From Camelus ferus (taxonomy: Eukaryota): a stretch of 64,000 bases of DNA. Below are positions 1 through 11,764 of the stretch, one piece after another. The position numbers and the translations under genes were made by a program. The DNA is taken from positions 11,348,001 to 11,412,000 of the forward strand of contig NC_045698.1 in NCBI RefSeq assembly GCF_009834535.1. Reading direction: 5' to 3'. The notes beneath the pieces were generated by a model that searched no databases, had not been told where the DNA came from, and saw only the letters and a program-made list of their open reading frames with translations. Each line of letters opens with the position of its first letter. The first letter of the stretch is position 1.

Positions 1-69
1 TATAGACATGACATGCTTTTTTTAGACATGACACACTTTTAAGTTTAATTTTCATTATTAATATTTTTC

Positions 70-515
70 TATTATGCTCTTAATAATAGGCAATACACAA
101 AACAATAAATCAAAGCCTGATCTGTAGCATGGAAAATTTTCCTTGGTATAAATACTCCCACAATTGCCAGTTTTGAGCTACTGATATAAAATTGCTGAAC
201 ACAGAGTTAGGAAAAGGCATGCTGTGGTCCACATTACATAGTATTTTCATCACACAGATGAAAAGACATAAGTGACCTCGAGAGCATGAGTTTTAGTAAA
301 ATACAGTAAAATCATTAGGAAGTGATGAATTTTGAGTATTTACATCTTTTGTTATTAATAAAATTGATAATTAATAAAATTGTAAGTTTGTGCAATTTAC
401 TTTTTAACAATGGTTGTATTAGCAAATAGCTTGCAAAACTAAAAAAAAAAAAAACAACCAAAAATTAACAATCAGCTATTGTGAGCCGGTTCAAACCAGC
501 TCCAGTACAGTATTG
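70..515 (-). mobile_element. MER63-like hAT-Blackjack DNA transposon remnant
   Basis: The right end GTGAGCCGGTTCAAACCAGCTCCAGTACAGTATTG resembles the reverse complement of the MER63 terminus (CAGTGGTGTGCTGGAGCCGGCTC...). The internal AAAACAATAAATCAAAGCCTGA...AAATACTCCCAC also fits. Recognised from memory. Confidence 0.7.
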
Positions 516-1378
516 CCCAACACCCCTGACTGAATAGTCTATGTGGGTCACTTCTGGGTTTACATTCTATTCTCATGTCCTATTTGTTTATTTCTGCTCT
601 GATACAACACTGTATTAATTCATTCAGTTTTAAAATTTAACTTGATATCTGGAAGGGCAATCCCCTTTCACAGTTTTCTTCTTCAGGAGTATCTTGATTG
701 TTCTTATTGAAGGCTATCTTGGCACTTGCCTCTTCTGTGTCTACTTTATAACTGTTTTGTGAATTTCACAAAAATTTGGAATTTTGAATGAAATAGCATT
801 TAATCTTAGGTCAGTGTGATGAGAACAGACATTTTTATGATATTGAGTTTTTTATGTATTAATATTGTATAGCTCTCCATTGTAGGTCTCTTCATATCTT
901 AATATAATCTTAAAATGTTTAAAACTTTTTTTTAGATTTATTCTTAAGTACTTATAGTTCAGGTGGCTGGTGTAAAGATTTTTCTGTCTTCCCTTTTTTC
1001 TTTTTAAATCAATTGAGGCATAATTTACATATGATGAAATGCACCATATATGTGAAACCATATGAAAGGACATATATGTACAGTTCGATGAATTTTGACA
1101 AATGTATGCACTCATGTAACCACCTCCACAATCAGGAAGTAAAACATTCCTGTCATCCCAGAAGGTTCCTTGTTGCCCCATTTCAAATCCTCCTTTTTTC
1201 TCAATCAGGAAACCACTGATTCACTGTCTGTCACTATGGATTAGTTTTGCCTGTTCTTGAATTTAATATAAATGGAATCATATGGAATATATATTTTGGA
1301 GATCTGGCTTTTTTTGCTGAGTCTAATGTTCTTTTTCAAACATTAATCAACTTGCTGATGTGTGGAAGTGAAATTAAT

Positions 1379-1421
<43 letters not shown>

Positions 1422-1740
1422 TATTTTTCTTGTCTTATTTTGCTAGCCAGAACATCCAATGTTAAGTGAAAGGTTTAAATAATAAGCCTCATCACATTTT
1501 TCTTATTCTTAAAGCGAATGCTTTTCCACATTTCACCATTAAATTTGATGATCGGTGTAGGTGTTATTTAAACAGGTTTTATTTGGCTAAGGAAATATCT
1601 TTCCATTCCAAGTTTGCTCACATTTAAAAAACTCATTATGGATATTGGATTTTATTGAATGCTTTTTTACTGTAGCTATTAATAATCATTTTTGTCTTTT
1701 AATGTCTTTTTTTGCATATATATTCATAAGTAGAATTTGA
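516..1740 (-). mobile_element. Ancient L1 (L1M-type) fragments, with a separate L1 3'UTR piece at about 1000-1345
   Basis: T-rich antisense L1 motifs, e.g. AATTGAGGCATAATTTACATA, GTACAGTTCGATGAATTTTGACAAATG, AATGGAATCATA and TTTCACCATTAA. Confidence 0.7.
1377..1421. repeat. (TTTA)n microsatellite
   Basis: About 11 tandem ATTT units, read directly. Confidence 0.95.
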
Positions 1741-1748
1741 CTTCAAAC

Positions 1749-1960
1749 AGCAGGTTATGGCAAACTTTTTCTTAAAGAGTCAGATGATAAACATTTTCAG
1801 CTCGTGGGCCATGAAATCTCTATCATAACTACTCAACTCTGCAGTTGGGCTATGAAAGCAGCCATTGATAATATGTAAATAAATAAGCATGGTTGTGTTT
1901 TAATAAAACTTTATTTACAAATAGACAGCCAGACTGTTGGCTGTAGTTTGCTGATTCCTG
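1749..1960 (+). mobile_element. MER58A-like hAT-Charlie MITE
   Basis: CAGGTTATGGCAAACTTTTTC...CTACTCAACTCTGC...AAAGCAGCCA...AATAAAACTTTATTTAC...GTAGTTTGCTGATTCCTG, with terminal inverted repeats. Confidence 0.85.
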
Positions 1961-2436
1961 TCAATAAAACAGATTCAAATACTTTATAATGCTAGGGCTT
2001 TTTATACTTTCTATGTCTTATGGAGTCAGTTTCATTAAGTTCCATTTTCTAGTATTTTCTCCATTTCATCTAAGTTTTAAACTTTTCAACTGTTTTGTCA
2101 TCTTCCTTTGTTTTATTTCATCTCTTTTTCTTACAATATGTTTTTGTTTGAGACTTTTTTCTTTTTTCTTGATCAGTTTTGGAATGTTTGTCTTATTAAT
2201 ATTTTTTAACAAAACTTGATGCACAGCCAAGGAAATGGTGACATCATGTTTTTCTTGCACTTGACTTGTAAATAATTTTGACTGATCTGTAGATGGTAGA
2301 TCATTCCTCCACCTGGTTTATTCCATCTCCACTCTATATTGTATACTTCATACTCAAATGAAGAGATTAAGTATTTCTCACATGGCGAACTATCATTCTT
2401 CATTCAGTAATGTAGGATATTGGTCCCCTGTTAACA

Positions 2437-2662
2437 GATAATAAGAGGTAAGCATTCTTTGAGCACTCAGTGTTTGCCAGGCACTGCATAAGTGCTTGAT
2501 ACTTACTAGCTCACCTAGGCTTCACAACTATTCCAAGTTTTATCATTATTTTCATCTTTGCAGATAAAGAAATAGGCTTGGAGATACAAACAGGCATAGA
2601 GAAATAATGGTAGGCCAGGATTCCAAACTTGGGTAGTTTGATTCCAGAGTTTTGTGCTTAAC
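2437..2662 (-). mobile_element. MIR SINE
   Basis: TGAGCACT...TGCCAGGCACT...TTTGCAGATAAAGAAA...AGCCAGGATT-like...CCAGAG antisense MIR core. Confidence 0.7.
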
Positions 2663-2959
2663 TTTTAGGAAAGTTCTTTGCTATATTTCCTGTAATGCTG
2701 TGCTCATAAAAGGAAACTTTAGATGCATAATTTAGTGTCTTAAGAAGACATGGCCATTAGAAAGAGGTACTCTGTGAAGAAAGCCTGGACCAATTATGTC
2801 CTGCAATTTAAGTTTTAAAACTGGGATTCTAGTTTGTAATCACTCTCCTGTGAGATTGATCCTTGCCTATACCACTGGGATCATGTATCTGAATATAACT
2901 GAGTGAGAGTCAGATCGTGAACTCTGGTTCTACTTCTGTGTAATATTTCTTAATTTTCA

Positions 2960-3150
2960 AAGGCTTTTACAAACATCACATATTATCCTCACAATATGTC
3001 TTTGAACTAGTGGTAATTATTCTTTCTACTTTAGAGTTAAGTGCTTTGAGGCTAAGAGATGTAAGTATCTAGGTCAAAGTCAGAAATTCAGGGGTGGGGA
3101 AGCTCAGATGTAAACAAAGATCTTCTGACTTTCCATGTTGGAATCTTTTC
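2960..3150 (-). mobile_element. MIR SINE (degraded)
   Basis: ATCCTCACAA...TGAGGCTAAGAGA...AGGTCA...TCTTCTGACT. Confidence 0.55.
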
Positions 3151-4024
3151 CAGTACAAGACAGATCAGGAATGTCATGAATCCCCACCGTGAAATAGCCA
3201 AATAATTTGACTCTTACATCATCTGATTTGCTCAGTGTTGTAGAATTAAGGACTGGATGATGAGTGATTTACTAGTGTCACAGTGGACTGCAATATTTGA
3301 TGTTGTATGGACCTAATTTAGTTAAATGAGCAAAGTAACCTCTGCAGAGTTAATGCATGATAGAAATGCACTGACAGGATGACAAGAGCATATACAATTA
3401 AAGAGTCTGTTTTTTCACTGGAAGTAACAAGCCAAGAAGAATAACAAAAATTTTTGTGTCAGTTTCTTTATAGACTGTTTCCACATCATCCAGGCCTGCA
3501 GATACTTGGTGTCAGTTATTGAAAGTTTAATTTTAGGTTTCTGAATTCATTGTCCTGGACAATTTAGTGTGCCCTTTCTCTTAACACCAGCCTGAGAACT
3601 TGTGCCTGGATGGCTGACTTCCAAGAATTTGTTGATTATGCTGTATCCTGAGACCATCAACTGGATGATGGCTTTTTTAAATGACTAATGTTCCAAATAA
3701 TGGCATGTAAAATATCTGTTATTAGCCTCTTTCCTTGACTCTGATTACCTTATAAGGTAAGAAAGAAAAAAATACTGTGATTCCAAACCAGCACTAAATT
3801 GATTTAATAGACGCTCACACACAAACTCCATTTGGGAAAAACCTCACTGCATAGTCTATTAGTAATGATATGTATCTTTTTTAAAAGCAGAATTAGCATT
3901 ATGATTGTACACTGTTATATGTTATGTACAAACATAAACAGTAATAGTTAAGTGGTAATAAATAATTCTATGTGACACACAGACTTAAATATTAATAGTG
4001 AAGAGTAATGACAAATTTAATCAT

Positions 4025-4180
4025 AATTAACAGTTTTAGTGCTTACTCTGCTCCAGGCAATATCATAAGTGATTTAATTTGATTCCCACCATTTTACAAA
4101 TGAGAAAAACGATACTCAACCTGGTCATAGTACTAGTTAAACGTGCCAGTTTCAGATGCCACGTTCCTAACCATGCGCAG
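4025..4180 (-). mobile_element. MIR SINE (degraded)
   Basis: AGTGCTTACTCTGCTCCAGGC...CCATTTTACAAATGAGAAAA. Confidence 0.55.
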
Positions 4181-6768
4181 TCCTGCTGCATGATGCACAT
4201 TAGAGGAGAACTGAAGTAAAGTCTCCATGACAGACGAGCACATGCTTCACAAAACGACTGCAGAGCATCCAGACGGCTAGCATCTCACTCTCAGGCTAAC
4301 AAGTTTAGTGACCAGGAAGCTATATGTACTTAGAATTCTCTTGAAACACAAGATGTAGAAATAGAATACAGTTTAAAGACATTTTCCCTATTTCACATAG
4401 TCTATACTTTCAGACAATGGAGAAATTTGGAAGAACTTTCTCTCAGACTTTCTTATAACTGATCATGGCTGCCTATTTTCTCTGGCTGCTAGGAAGTTCA
4501 GAACCAAACGTGCAGCCTACTTGTAAAAAATTGTGTAGGATTTTAAGATGTCCTGGTATGAATCATATCTTGGCTATTTATTATTTCTCTACCTCATTTT
4601 TCATGGATTCTAGTTTCTTGAGCTCTTTGCTTTTCATTTTTTCTGTATTCCTCCAAGGCACCTCAAAATCTTACGGGTGTGTTTACGAAATACATCAAAG
4701 ATGTGTAAGATAAAAATTCAAAACATGCTGTTTTATGTAAATTCATAGAATTGTCATAAACATGGGACCACTGAGATTTTCTAACTGTTAAATGACATGG
4801 GAGGGTTAGTTTAGTTTGGTTTGGTTTTAGGAACAGAGTGTAGATATAGTTGAATTATTGCATGAAACCTTGTTCATGTTCCTACTGTAAAAATAAGTTT
4901 TGTTCTATTTTGGAGAAGCTATTTCTAGACTTTATTTTTCCCTTCACAGGACAATTGACCCAACAGGACAACTTTCTGGTAACAAATTTGATAACAAAAT
5001 GTTAAACTTGAATTTCTCCAGAATACTGCATCACTTACAAAATAGTGTTAATTTGGATGACCTAGTAACAAACCTAACACCCACAACTTTTTAGTGAGAT
5101 CAGAATTGATTATTCTAACACTTTGGTGGTGGAACCCCCATGCTAAAAGGTTGTGTTGTGAGCCACGTTGCTCCTCTGTCTTGGTTGTGATGTCGGGGTG
5201 TGCATCTCACTATTGGTGAGGCTGGGGGTGGTGTGGTTTATCTAGGCAGCACTGACACCAGAGATACACCTGCTAAGTTCATCCTTGTTTGCAAGAGGGA
5301 ATGTGGTTGAAAAGAAAAACAAAATACTCCACAGGATCCCAGGAAGGGGAGAATAGGAAGGATCTTAGGGGGAAAAATGAAGAAAAAGAAAATGTTGCTT
5401 CTGGGTGAAAAAAATTAATGAGTACAGGACACAGATAACTGAGAGGAGGTAGTGCAGAGCATCAGTCTCCTGACAGCACCCTCTTAAATCATCTCTGTGA
5501 TGTGTGGTGTGTCACAGAACACATGGTCCCTTTTCCATTCTGAGAGTTTGCTGTCGGTAAATCGAAGATGATGAATTTGCTTGATAGATGGAATTCCTGC
5601 GTGTGCTCAGAGGACAGAGGGACAGAAGGCTGATCTGGGGGCTCTGATTCCCTCGCAGCCACTGGCAGCTGCCTTTTCCTGGCCGGCTCCGTGCGCTTCA
5701 TGGTCCTGTGTGACGCGTCGGGTGCCAGGAACAACAGTCCTGTCAAGTTGCACTTCAGGACTGAACAAAGTTATCTCTGTCCAGCATGCTTCCAAACGCC
5801 ATGAAAAAAAAATAAGGTCTGAACAGATGGACGGATTTTCTTGTTCCATTTCCCTCTGGTGAATCTTACGAGCTCTTTCGTCCGTGGCATGTTTGTTTTC
5901 CATACTTGAACATTTTTTCCCCCCAGATATAAAATTCAATATTTGAAAGTCGGTGCTGGCAAAGTTGACCAAATAATTCTGACGTTAATTCCACAGATGT
6001 GTTTATTTATTCACGTCTGAAATATTTTCTTTCCTCAGATGACTGTTCTTCATACCCCAGGCATTGCAAGAGTTAGCTGTTCTTTCAAGATTTAAGGGTC
6101 ACTTTGTTTATTAAACCAATCAGCCAGCAAGAAAAATAAAAACAAGAGAAGGAGAAGCCTGGATTAATACAAAAGGCATATTGGTGTTTTATAATTTTTA
6201 TTAATGGTGCACCAAATAACACAATAGCAATGAAACTCTTCTTGGTAATTAAAATTGAAACCTTTAATGCATGTTCTTATTTGTCTCTTTTATTTATATT
6301 TTCATTTATGATGGGTTTTTTTTTAGGTAAAATTAAGAAATCCCCACATGTCAGATGAAGGGACTCCTGCATTATATTAATTTGCAGAGGCATGTGTGAG
6401 GCTAGCTTAGGAACTCTGTTTTAAAAGGTAACGGGGCTGAAGGTCAGAATTACAGTGAATGGTTTGTATATTTTAAAATCACAAGCTATAGAAACTCCAC
6501 TTTGTCTAAAATGCAGTACTTGCCTATTTGGAACCACAAGGTTATGTCAAAAGGGATTCCCTCTTAGGTGCAATTTCCTCCTTCAGCTTCTTGGAGTCAG
6601 ATACACCAAACAAAATGCTGTCAAGGGTGGTGACCTTGCCCTTGGACTTGAATCCAGAAAGAGCATAGGAGTTTTGCACCCTCTGGATTTCTCCCTCTTT
6701 GGGAATTCAGTGATTTTGGATTGACTGTTCGATTGACGATTATAATTTATTTTCATACAGAACCATTA

Positions 6769-7105
6769 CAGGCACACCTGGGCAATATTGCAGGTTTGGT
6801 TCCAGACCACCTCAACAAAGAGACTATCAGGATAAAGCGAGTCACACTGAATCTTTTGGTTTTCTAGTGCACTTAAAAGTTATGTTTACACTATATTGTA
6901 GTCTACTAAGAGCACAATAGCATTATGTCTAAAAAATGGTTCACATACACGAGTTAAAAAATACTTTATTGCTAAACAACGCTAACCATATTGTAATAAT
7001 GCATTAATCATAATGCAGAGGTGTCACAAATCTTCAATTTATTAAAAAAAAACACAGTATCTGCAGAGCGCAGTAAGGCACAGGGCGATAACTGAGGCAT
7101 GCCTG
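6769..7105 (-). mobile_element. Tigger1-derived MITE (Tigger1a-like, TcMar-Tigger)
   Basis: TIRs CAGGCACACCT / AGGCATGCCTG flanked by TA target duplications (6767-6768, 7106-7107). Both ends match the Tigger1 termini and the interior is deleted. Confidence 0.9.
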
Positions 7106-7965
7106 TATACTTGAAAGAGGTTAAACTATCCATGCATTATAGAAAGTCACATTGTCACACGCTGACATAGTGCCCACTGACTTGGCCCAAGCATAAATAT
7201 TAGAACTTACATTAACACGAATACAATTTGTGAATTGTGAAATTGGTATGTTACAATTTTTTTCTAAATGATTAATGGATTCCAAATCAAGCTCATGAAT
7301 CTAGCAAAATATTCAATGAGTATTTGCTACGTGGGAAGAGTCAGTGTTGTAAAAGTGACTCAAGCATAACTGTCATAACAGCATGGGTCTGTCTGCAGAA
7401 GGGGCAGAGGCTAGAAATGTGGGTTTGGACTAAATATAATGTAACTAAAATGTTTGCTGGGAAGGGGGCAGGTGTTAGACGCAGTGGAGGCTGCATGCCT
7501 TTCCAAGAGTAGTCAGTTACCTAATTAAGAAAAGAAGTTTAGTGATTAAATAGCAGGTTAGTGTTTTTCGAGCATATTTTTTATTACTTTAACTAGTTTT
7601 TTTTTTTCCATAAAGTAATGGGTGAATGCCCTCGCTGTTGCCTAGTCCGCGGTCCTACTGCCCACAGCCCTTCCTGCAGCTGCCTGCTATGCAAGCCTGT
7701 TCCTCCTTCCGTCCAAAGTGATCTGCCTCTGGGGCTGGACTGAGGTCAACTTCCCCAGCTACGTGGAATAGAGTGCGTGGCTGTGGTGGTTCCCGTGTCC
7801 TCATGGTCTGTGGTCCAAAACCTTGTGATTCTACGTGCTGTCTCTTCTCCCTGGGACCTCCTGGGACACGTACCTCCTCTTGGCTCATCGCCCTCTTGCC
7901 ACATGTTGCTGTTCCTCTGGGGCTGGCAGTCACATAATGGATTTAAATCCCCTCCTAGATCTTAC

Positions 7966-8013
7966 CAGCTGCCTGGACTTTGGGCACAGCATTTGATTGA
8001 TCTGTGTCTTCTT
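7966..8013 (-). other. Candidate internal exon (48 nt) of an unidentified minus-strand transcript
   Basis: Acceptor atatttttcag|A and donor CTG|gtaaga, both near consensus. Open in phase 1-1 as (E)EDTDQSNAVPKVQAA. Confidence 0.4.
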
Positions 8014-8134
8014 CTGAAAAATATGGATTATTATAAGATTTCATAGGACTGGCTGTTGCCAATGTTCGGTGGGTAACAAGTGAGAAAGACCCTCCCAGAG
8101 CCTGTCTCGGAGCAGACCCCTGGTCATGTCCGTG

Positions 8135-8270
8135 GACCTTCTCCTCCTCTTCATCCCTCCCTTCCTTCCTTCCTTCCAATTTTCTTTATTGATTTCTTGT
8201 GTACTTTCCTTCTTCTGCTCCTCTTCTTTTTCTTCCTTCGTCTTTCCTTTCCTTTATTATTACTATTTTT
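8135..8270. repeat. CT-rich low-complexity tract
   Basis: (CCTT)n / CTT-rich run, read directly. Confidence 0.8.
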
Positions 8271-8329
8271 GAGTTATGAGAACCACAAAAGAAGGATCCG
8301 TGATGTGTTTGGGGCATTCAGAAAAGAGA

Positions 8330-9240
8330 TTTGACAGTTGGAGGCATGAGAGGACTATTCAGGAAGGGCATTTAACGTAGGTCTTGAAGTTTGAGTAGAC
8401 TTGGTGTATGTGGAAAACAGAAAGAACGACTAGGCTTGGATGGAAAGTCAGAAACATCATGGAGGCCCGGTACCCTCAGTGAAAGTGTTTGTTCTCTAGT
8501 AGCCAGCATGGCATTGTGGAAGGTCTTTTTTTTTTTTTTTTTTTTTTCCTTTCTTTCTTTTCATCATGTCCTAGGTGCACTTCAGGAGTTTGATATTGAA
8601 AACAGCATTCATGATGAATTGAGTGGGGTAAGCGAGAGGGAGACCGTTTCAGAGGGTTTGAATCAGAGTAGTGACAAACAAAATAGGAAGGAATCAATTG
8701 CAATCTCAGTAGGACTTAATTGCATGTGAGGAGTAAATCATATGGTGGGAGTAAACGTACTTGAGGTTTTAAGCTTAGTGACGGGAGGGATGAAAGTGAC
8801 ATGATCCTGGAGAGGAAATGCACTGAGAGAAGGATGTTTGCAAAGGAAGCTTGAGGTGTCACTTAGAAATTTGGGATGTTGTGTTTAGAGAGTGATGGGA
8901 AATATAAGCCTTGAATTCCAGAGCTATTTAGGAGCCACTTATGTGGATTTTGGAATAGAGGTTAAATGACTGTAAGAAATGTCCAAGGATAATAAATGTC
9001 AGAATCGTCTAGAAAGGGGCTGAGATGAGATGATGTTAGGGGGAGTGATGATCCAGAGAAATCAGAATAGGAACCTGTTCAGAAGGCCAGGATTATGTTC
9101 AGAGAAGCAGGGGACACTTGGATGTTCTGAGTCCTGTGATACACTGACTCTCGCGAAGAGGGCAGATTAAAAGCTATTGGATGTATCAACTAGAAGCTCA
9201 CTGGTTTGAGAAACATTTTATGGGATAATATTTGGCAAAG
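8330..9240 (-). mobile_element. L2 LINE fragments
   Basis: Purine-rich antisense L2 motifs (GGTCTTGAAG..GAGTAG, GAGGTTTTAAGCTT, TTGAGGTGTC). Highly degraded. Confidence 0.5.
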
Positions 9241-10214
9241 CCAGCATAGAACAAAGTATAGCACAGTGGTTCATAGTAAGCCCTAGAATTTACTTTGATG
9301 GCTTGAAGCAAAAACTTGTTTCCTACTAGTTGTTTTCAGTGTAAGATTTGGTGACTGGGTGTTTCAACCAAAGAAAAGATAATTTGTTTTTTCAAGTTAA
9401 TAATCAAAGTATTAAAGTTGCAAATTCCAAAACCTAGTTTTTTTTAAGCTCTTAAACTTAACTCAAATTCTCATTATTCTATATATAAATCCGGTACAGT
9501 TTATCGGTCACTTTCAAGGGGACCTTCACAACTTAGTTAATTAAATTTCATTAAATATTCAAATGGCATTCATAAATTTAACATATTCATTTCTATTTCT
9601 TAAACGTTTCAAAGGTCTAACAGGCTGATCAGTCCCAAATTCTGGAGAAATTTATATGAATACAGTATATTGAATTTATAAGATGCTGACCCTTAATTCC
9701 TTATAAACTTACAATATTATTTTATAAACCAGTAAATTTTTCTTATTAGTCTTTATAAGTTTATAATTAAAAGAAGAAAGCCAGGTAAATCACCCAATCT
9801 CAAATTTGAAATAGCAAATATAAACAAATTATTTGTAGACATAAATATGTTAATGAACTCGGGTTGTTTTTGCTTTGTCATCTTTGCCCTTTACTCTAAA
9901 CTTGACTGGTTTTAAGAAAATTTACATGCTAAGGAGAGAGTCCTATCACCTGAGGTCTGATCTCAACAAGAGTTCCCTTTGCTTTTCTCTAACTTAGAAG
10001 TGGGAGAGTGAGATATTCAAATTCTCAGTCTCTCTTGCAGCCACGGGGGCCCACGTGACACACTTCTGTCTGATGGGATATGTACAGGAGTTCCTGTCTA
10101 TTTATTTGGATGGTGGATAAAAAGGCACCAAATATGTGCTTGTTGCTTCAGGTATTGGGACATGGTAATTATCACATCTGAAACTTATGTGACCCTCAGT
10201 CTGTTCCCCAAACC

Positions 10215-10410
10215 ACTGTGTGTGTGGGTTAACTGTGCTATCTAGAACAACGCCATGAGGTAGATACAGTTGTTACTACATTTCCTAGATGAGGAAGTGG
10301 CAACACAGAGAGGTTACTAAGTCGCCCAGAGTCACACGGCCGGTAATAGAGCAAAGTTAAGATGTGAGCCCTGGCACCGCAGTTCCAGAGTCCTCTTCAC
10401 CTCTCTGCCA
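10215..10410 (-). mobile_element. MIR SINE
   Basis: AACAACGCCATGAGGTAG...AGATGAGGAA...ACAGAGAGGTTA...GCCCAGAGTCACAC...CCAGAGTCC. Confidence 0.8.
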
Positions 10411-10842
10411 CAGTCACCACTCCCTGGCCCTTCTCCACTGGGCACTTGAAACTCTTTGCTGTCTCTGTTCTTCAACATTGAAGACATACTGTGACAGCTA
10501 GTGGTTTCCACGTGTTTTCCCCGTTGGACTAAGTGTTCCTCGGCCATGGCGTCCATCCGTTCTGCCCCAAATCACAGCCACAGAACATGTCTCCCCAGAG
10601 ATGTTCAACAGATGCTTCAGTGAACAAATGACTTAAGAGCTGTAAAATTACAGGTGTCAGAGAGATGGCTTACTTTAAAAACCTCACTATGCCAAACCTA
10701 GAGGATAGTCCTTAAAAAATTTAAAAAGGAGTAAATAGAAGAGTTAAGAAGTGACTTTTTCACTCCATAAAGAGGGTGTCACTTTGCATAACGACCACTT
10801 TGTGCAGTGTTATCCTAGCGAGGGAGCTGAGAGTCCCCTCAC

Positions 10843-10945
10843 CAGATCTTGTAAGGAAGGAGACTTTCCGTCGTCTCTTTGTGTATTTCTCCATAAATAA
10901 CATTGTCATGACCTAAGACTTTGACAACTGTCTGAGTCAAACTGC
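10843..10945 (-). other. Candidate internal exon (103 nt) of an unidentified minus-strand transcript
   Basis: Strong acceptor ttatcttctttctctacag|G and donor CTG|gtgagg. ATG at 10909 opens MTMLFMEKYTKRRRKVSFLTRS, ending in phase 1. Confidence 0.45.
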
Positions 10946-11203
10946 CTGTAGAGAAAGAAGATAAAGGCCCTTTTCCAATCTGTGATTTGCCTTGTGGAAA
11001 GCTAACATGTGGTTGAGCGCCTGGGTCCCCATAGAGAGCTGGTGTCTGCCCACAGATGTGTGAAAACGGTACCACAGAGTCACCAGGACCCAGGATATGG
11101 TCCATAGAAAAGGGATGTCATTTACATGTTAGGAGGATATGGGATGTCTGCTCATGATATCTTCATGGTATGGGATATCTATTTGGTTTGAATGAAATAA
11201 AAA

Positions 11204-11764
11204 TGTATTAGAATTCTCCAGAGAAACAGAACCATTGAGGTTATACACATACACACACATATATATATACACATATATATATCAATTATATATATATGTA
11301 TGTATGTGTGTGTATGTGTATATATATGTATGTGTACATATATATATACACACATAAAGAGATTTATTATAAGGAATTGACTCACTCAGCTATGGAGGCT
11401 GAGAAGTCCCACAGTCTACCATATGTAATCTAGAATCCAAGAAAGCTGGTGATGCAGTTCAGTCCAAGTTCAAAGACTCGAGAACTAGAAGTACAAAGAG
11501 CAGGGCAAGACCCATCCCAGCTCAAAAAATTAGGCAGGAAGGGACAAATTCTGCTTTCCTGTGCCTTTTTGTTCTCTTCAGGTCCCCAATGGTCTGGGTG
11601 ATGGCCCACCCACATCGAGGAGGTCACACTGCTTTAAGGAAGCCACCAAAACAAATACCAGTTTCATCCAGAAACAGCCTCACAAACAAACCAAGATACA
11701 ACGTTTAGCCAAATATCTGGACACCGTATGATTCGGTCAGTTGACATATAAAATGAACCATGAC
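11204..11764 (-). mobile_element. MLT2 (ERVL) solo LTR with an embedded (TA)/(CA)/(TG) microsatellite at about 11240-11355
   Basis: TGTATTAG..TTCTCCAGAGAAACAGAACCA...GAGATTTATTATAAGGAATTG.CTCAC...GGAGGCTGAGAAGTCCCA...AGTTGACATATAAAATGAACCA. Confidence 0.9.

Noticed and set aside
3745..3760. Perfect 16-bp palindrome TTACCTTATAAGGTAA giving AAG|GTAA on both strands (recursive-splice-like)
   Set aside because: About one palindrome of this length is expected by chance in 64 kb (64000/4^8), and AAG is a weak acceptor.
6540..6710. Protein-looking minus-strand frame (QNSYALSGFKSKGKVTTLDSILFGVSDSKKLKEEIAPK...)
   Set aside because: No in-frame start codon, no credible splice acceptor and no recognisable homology.
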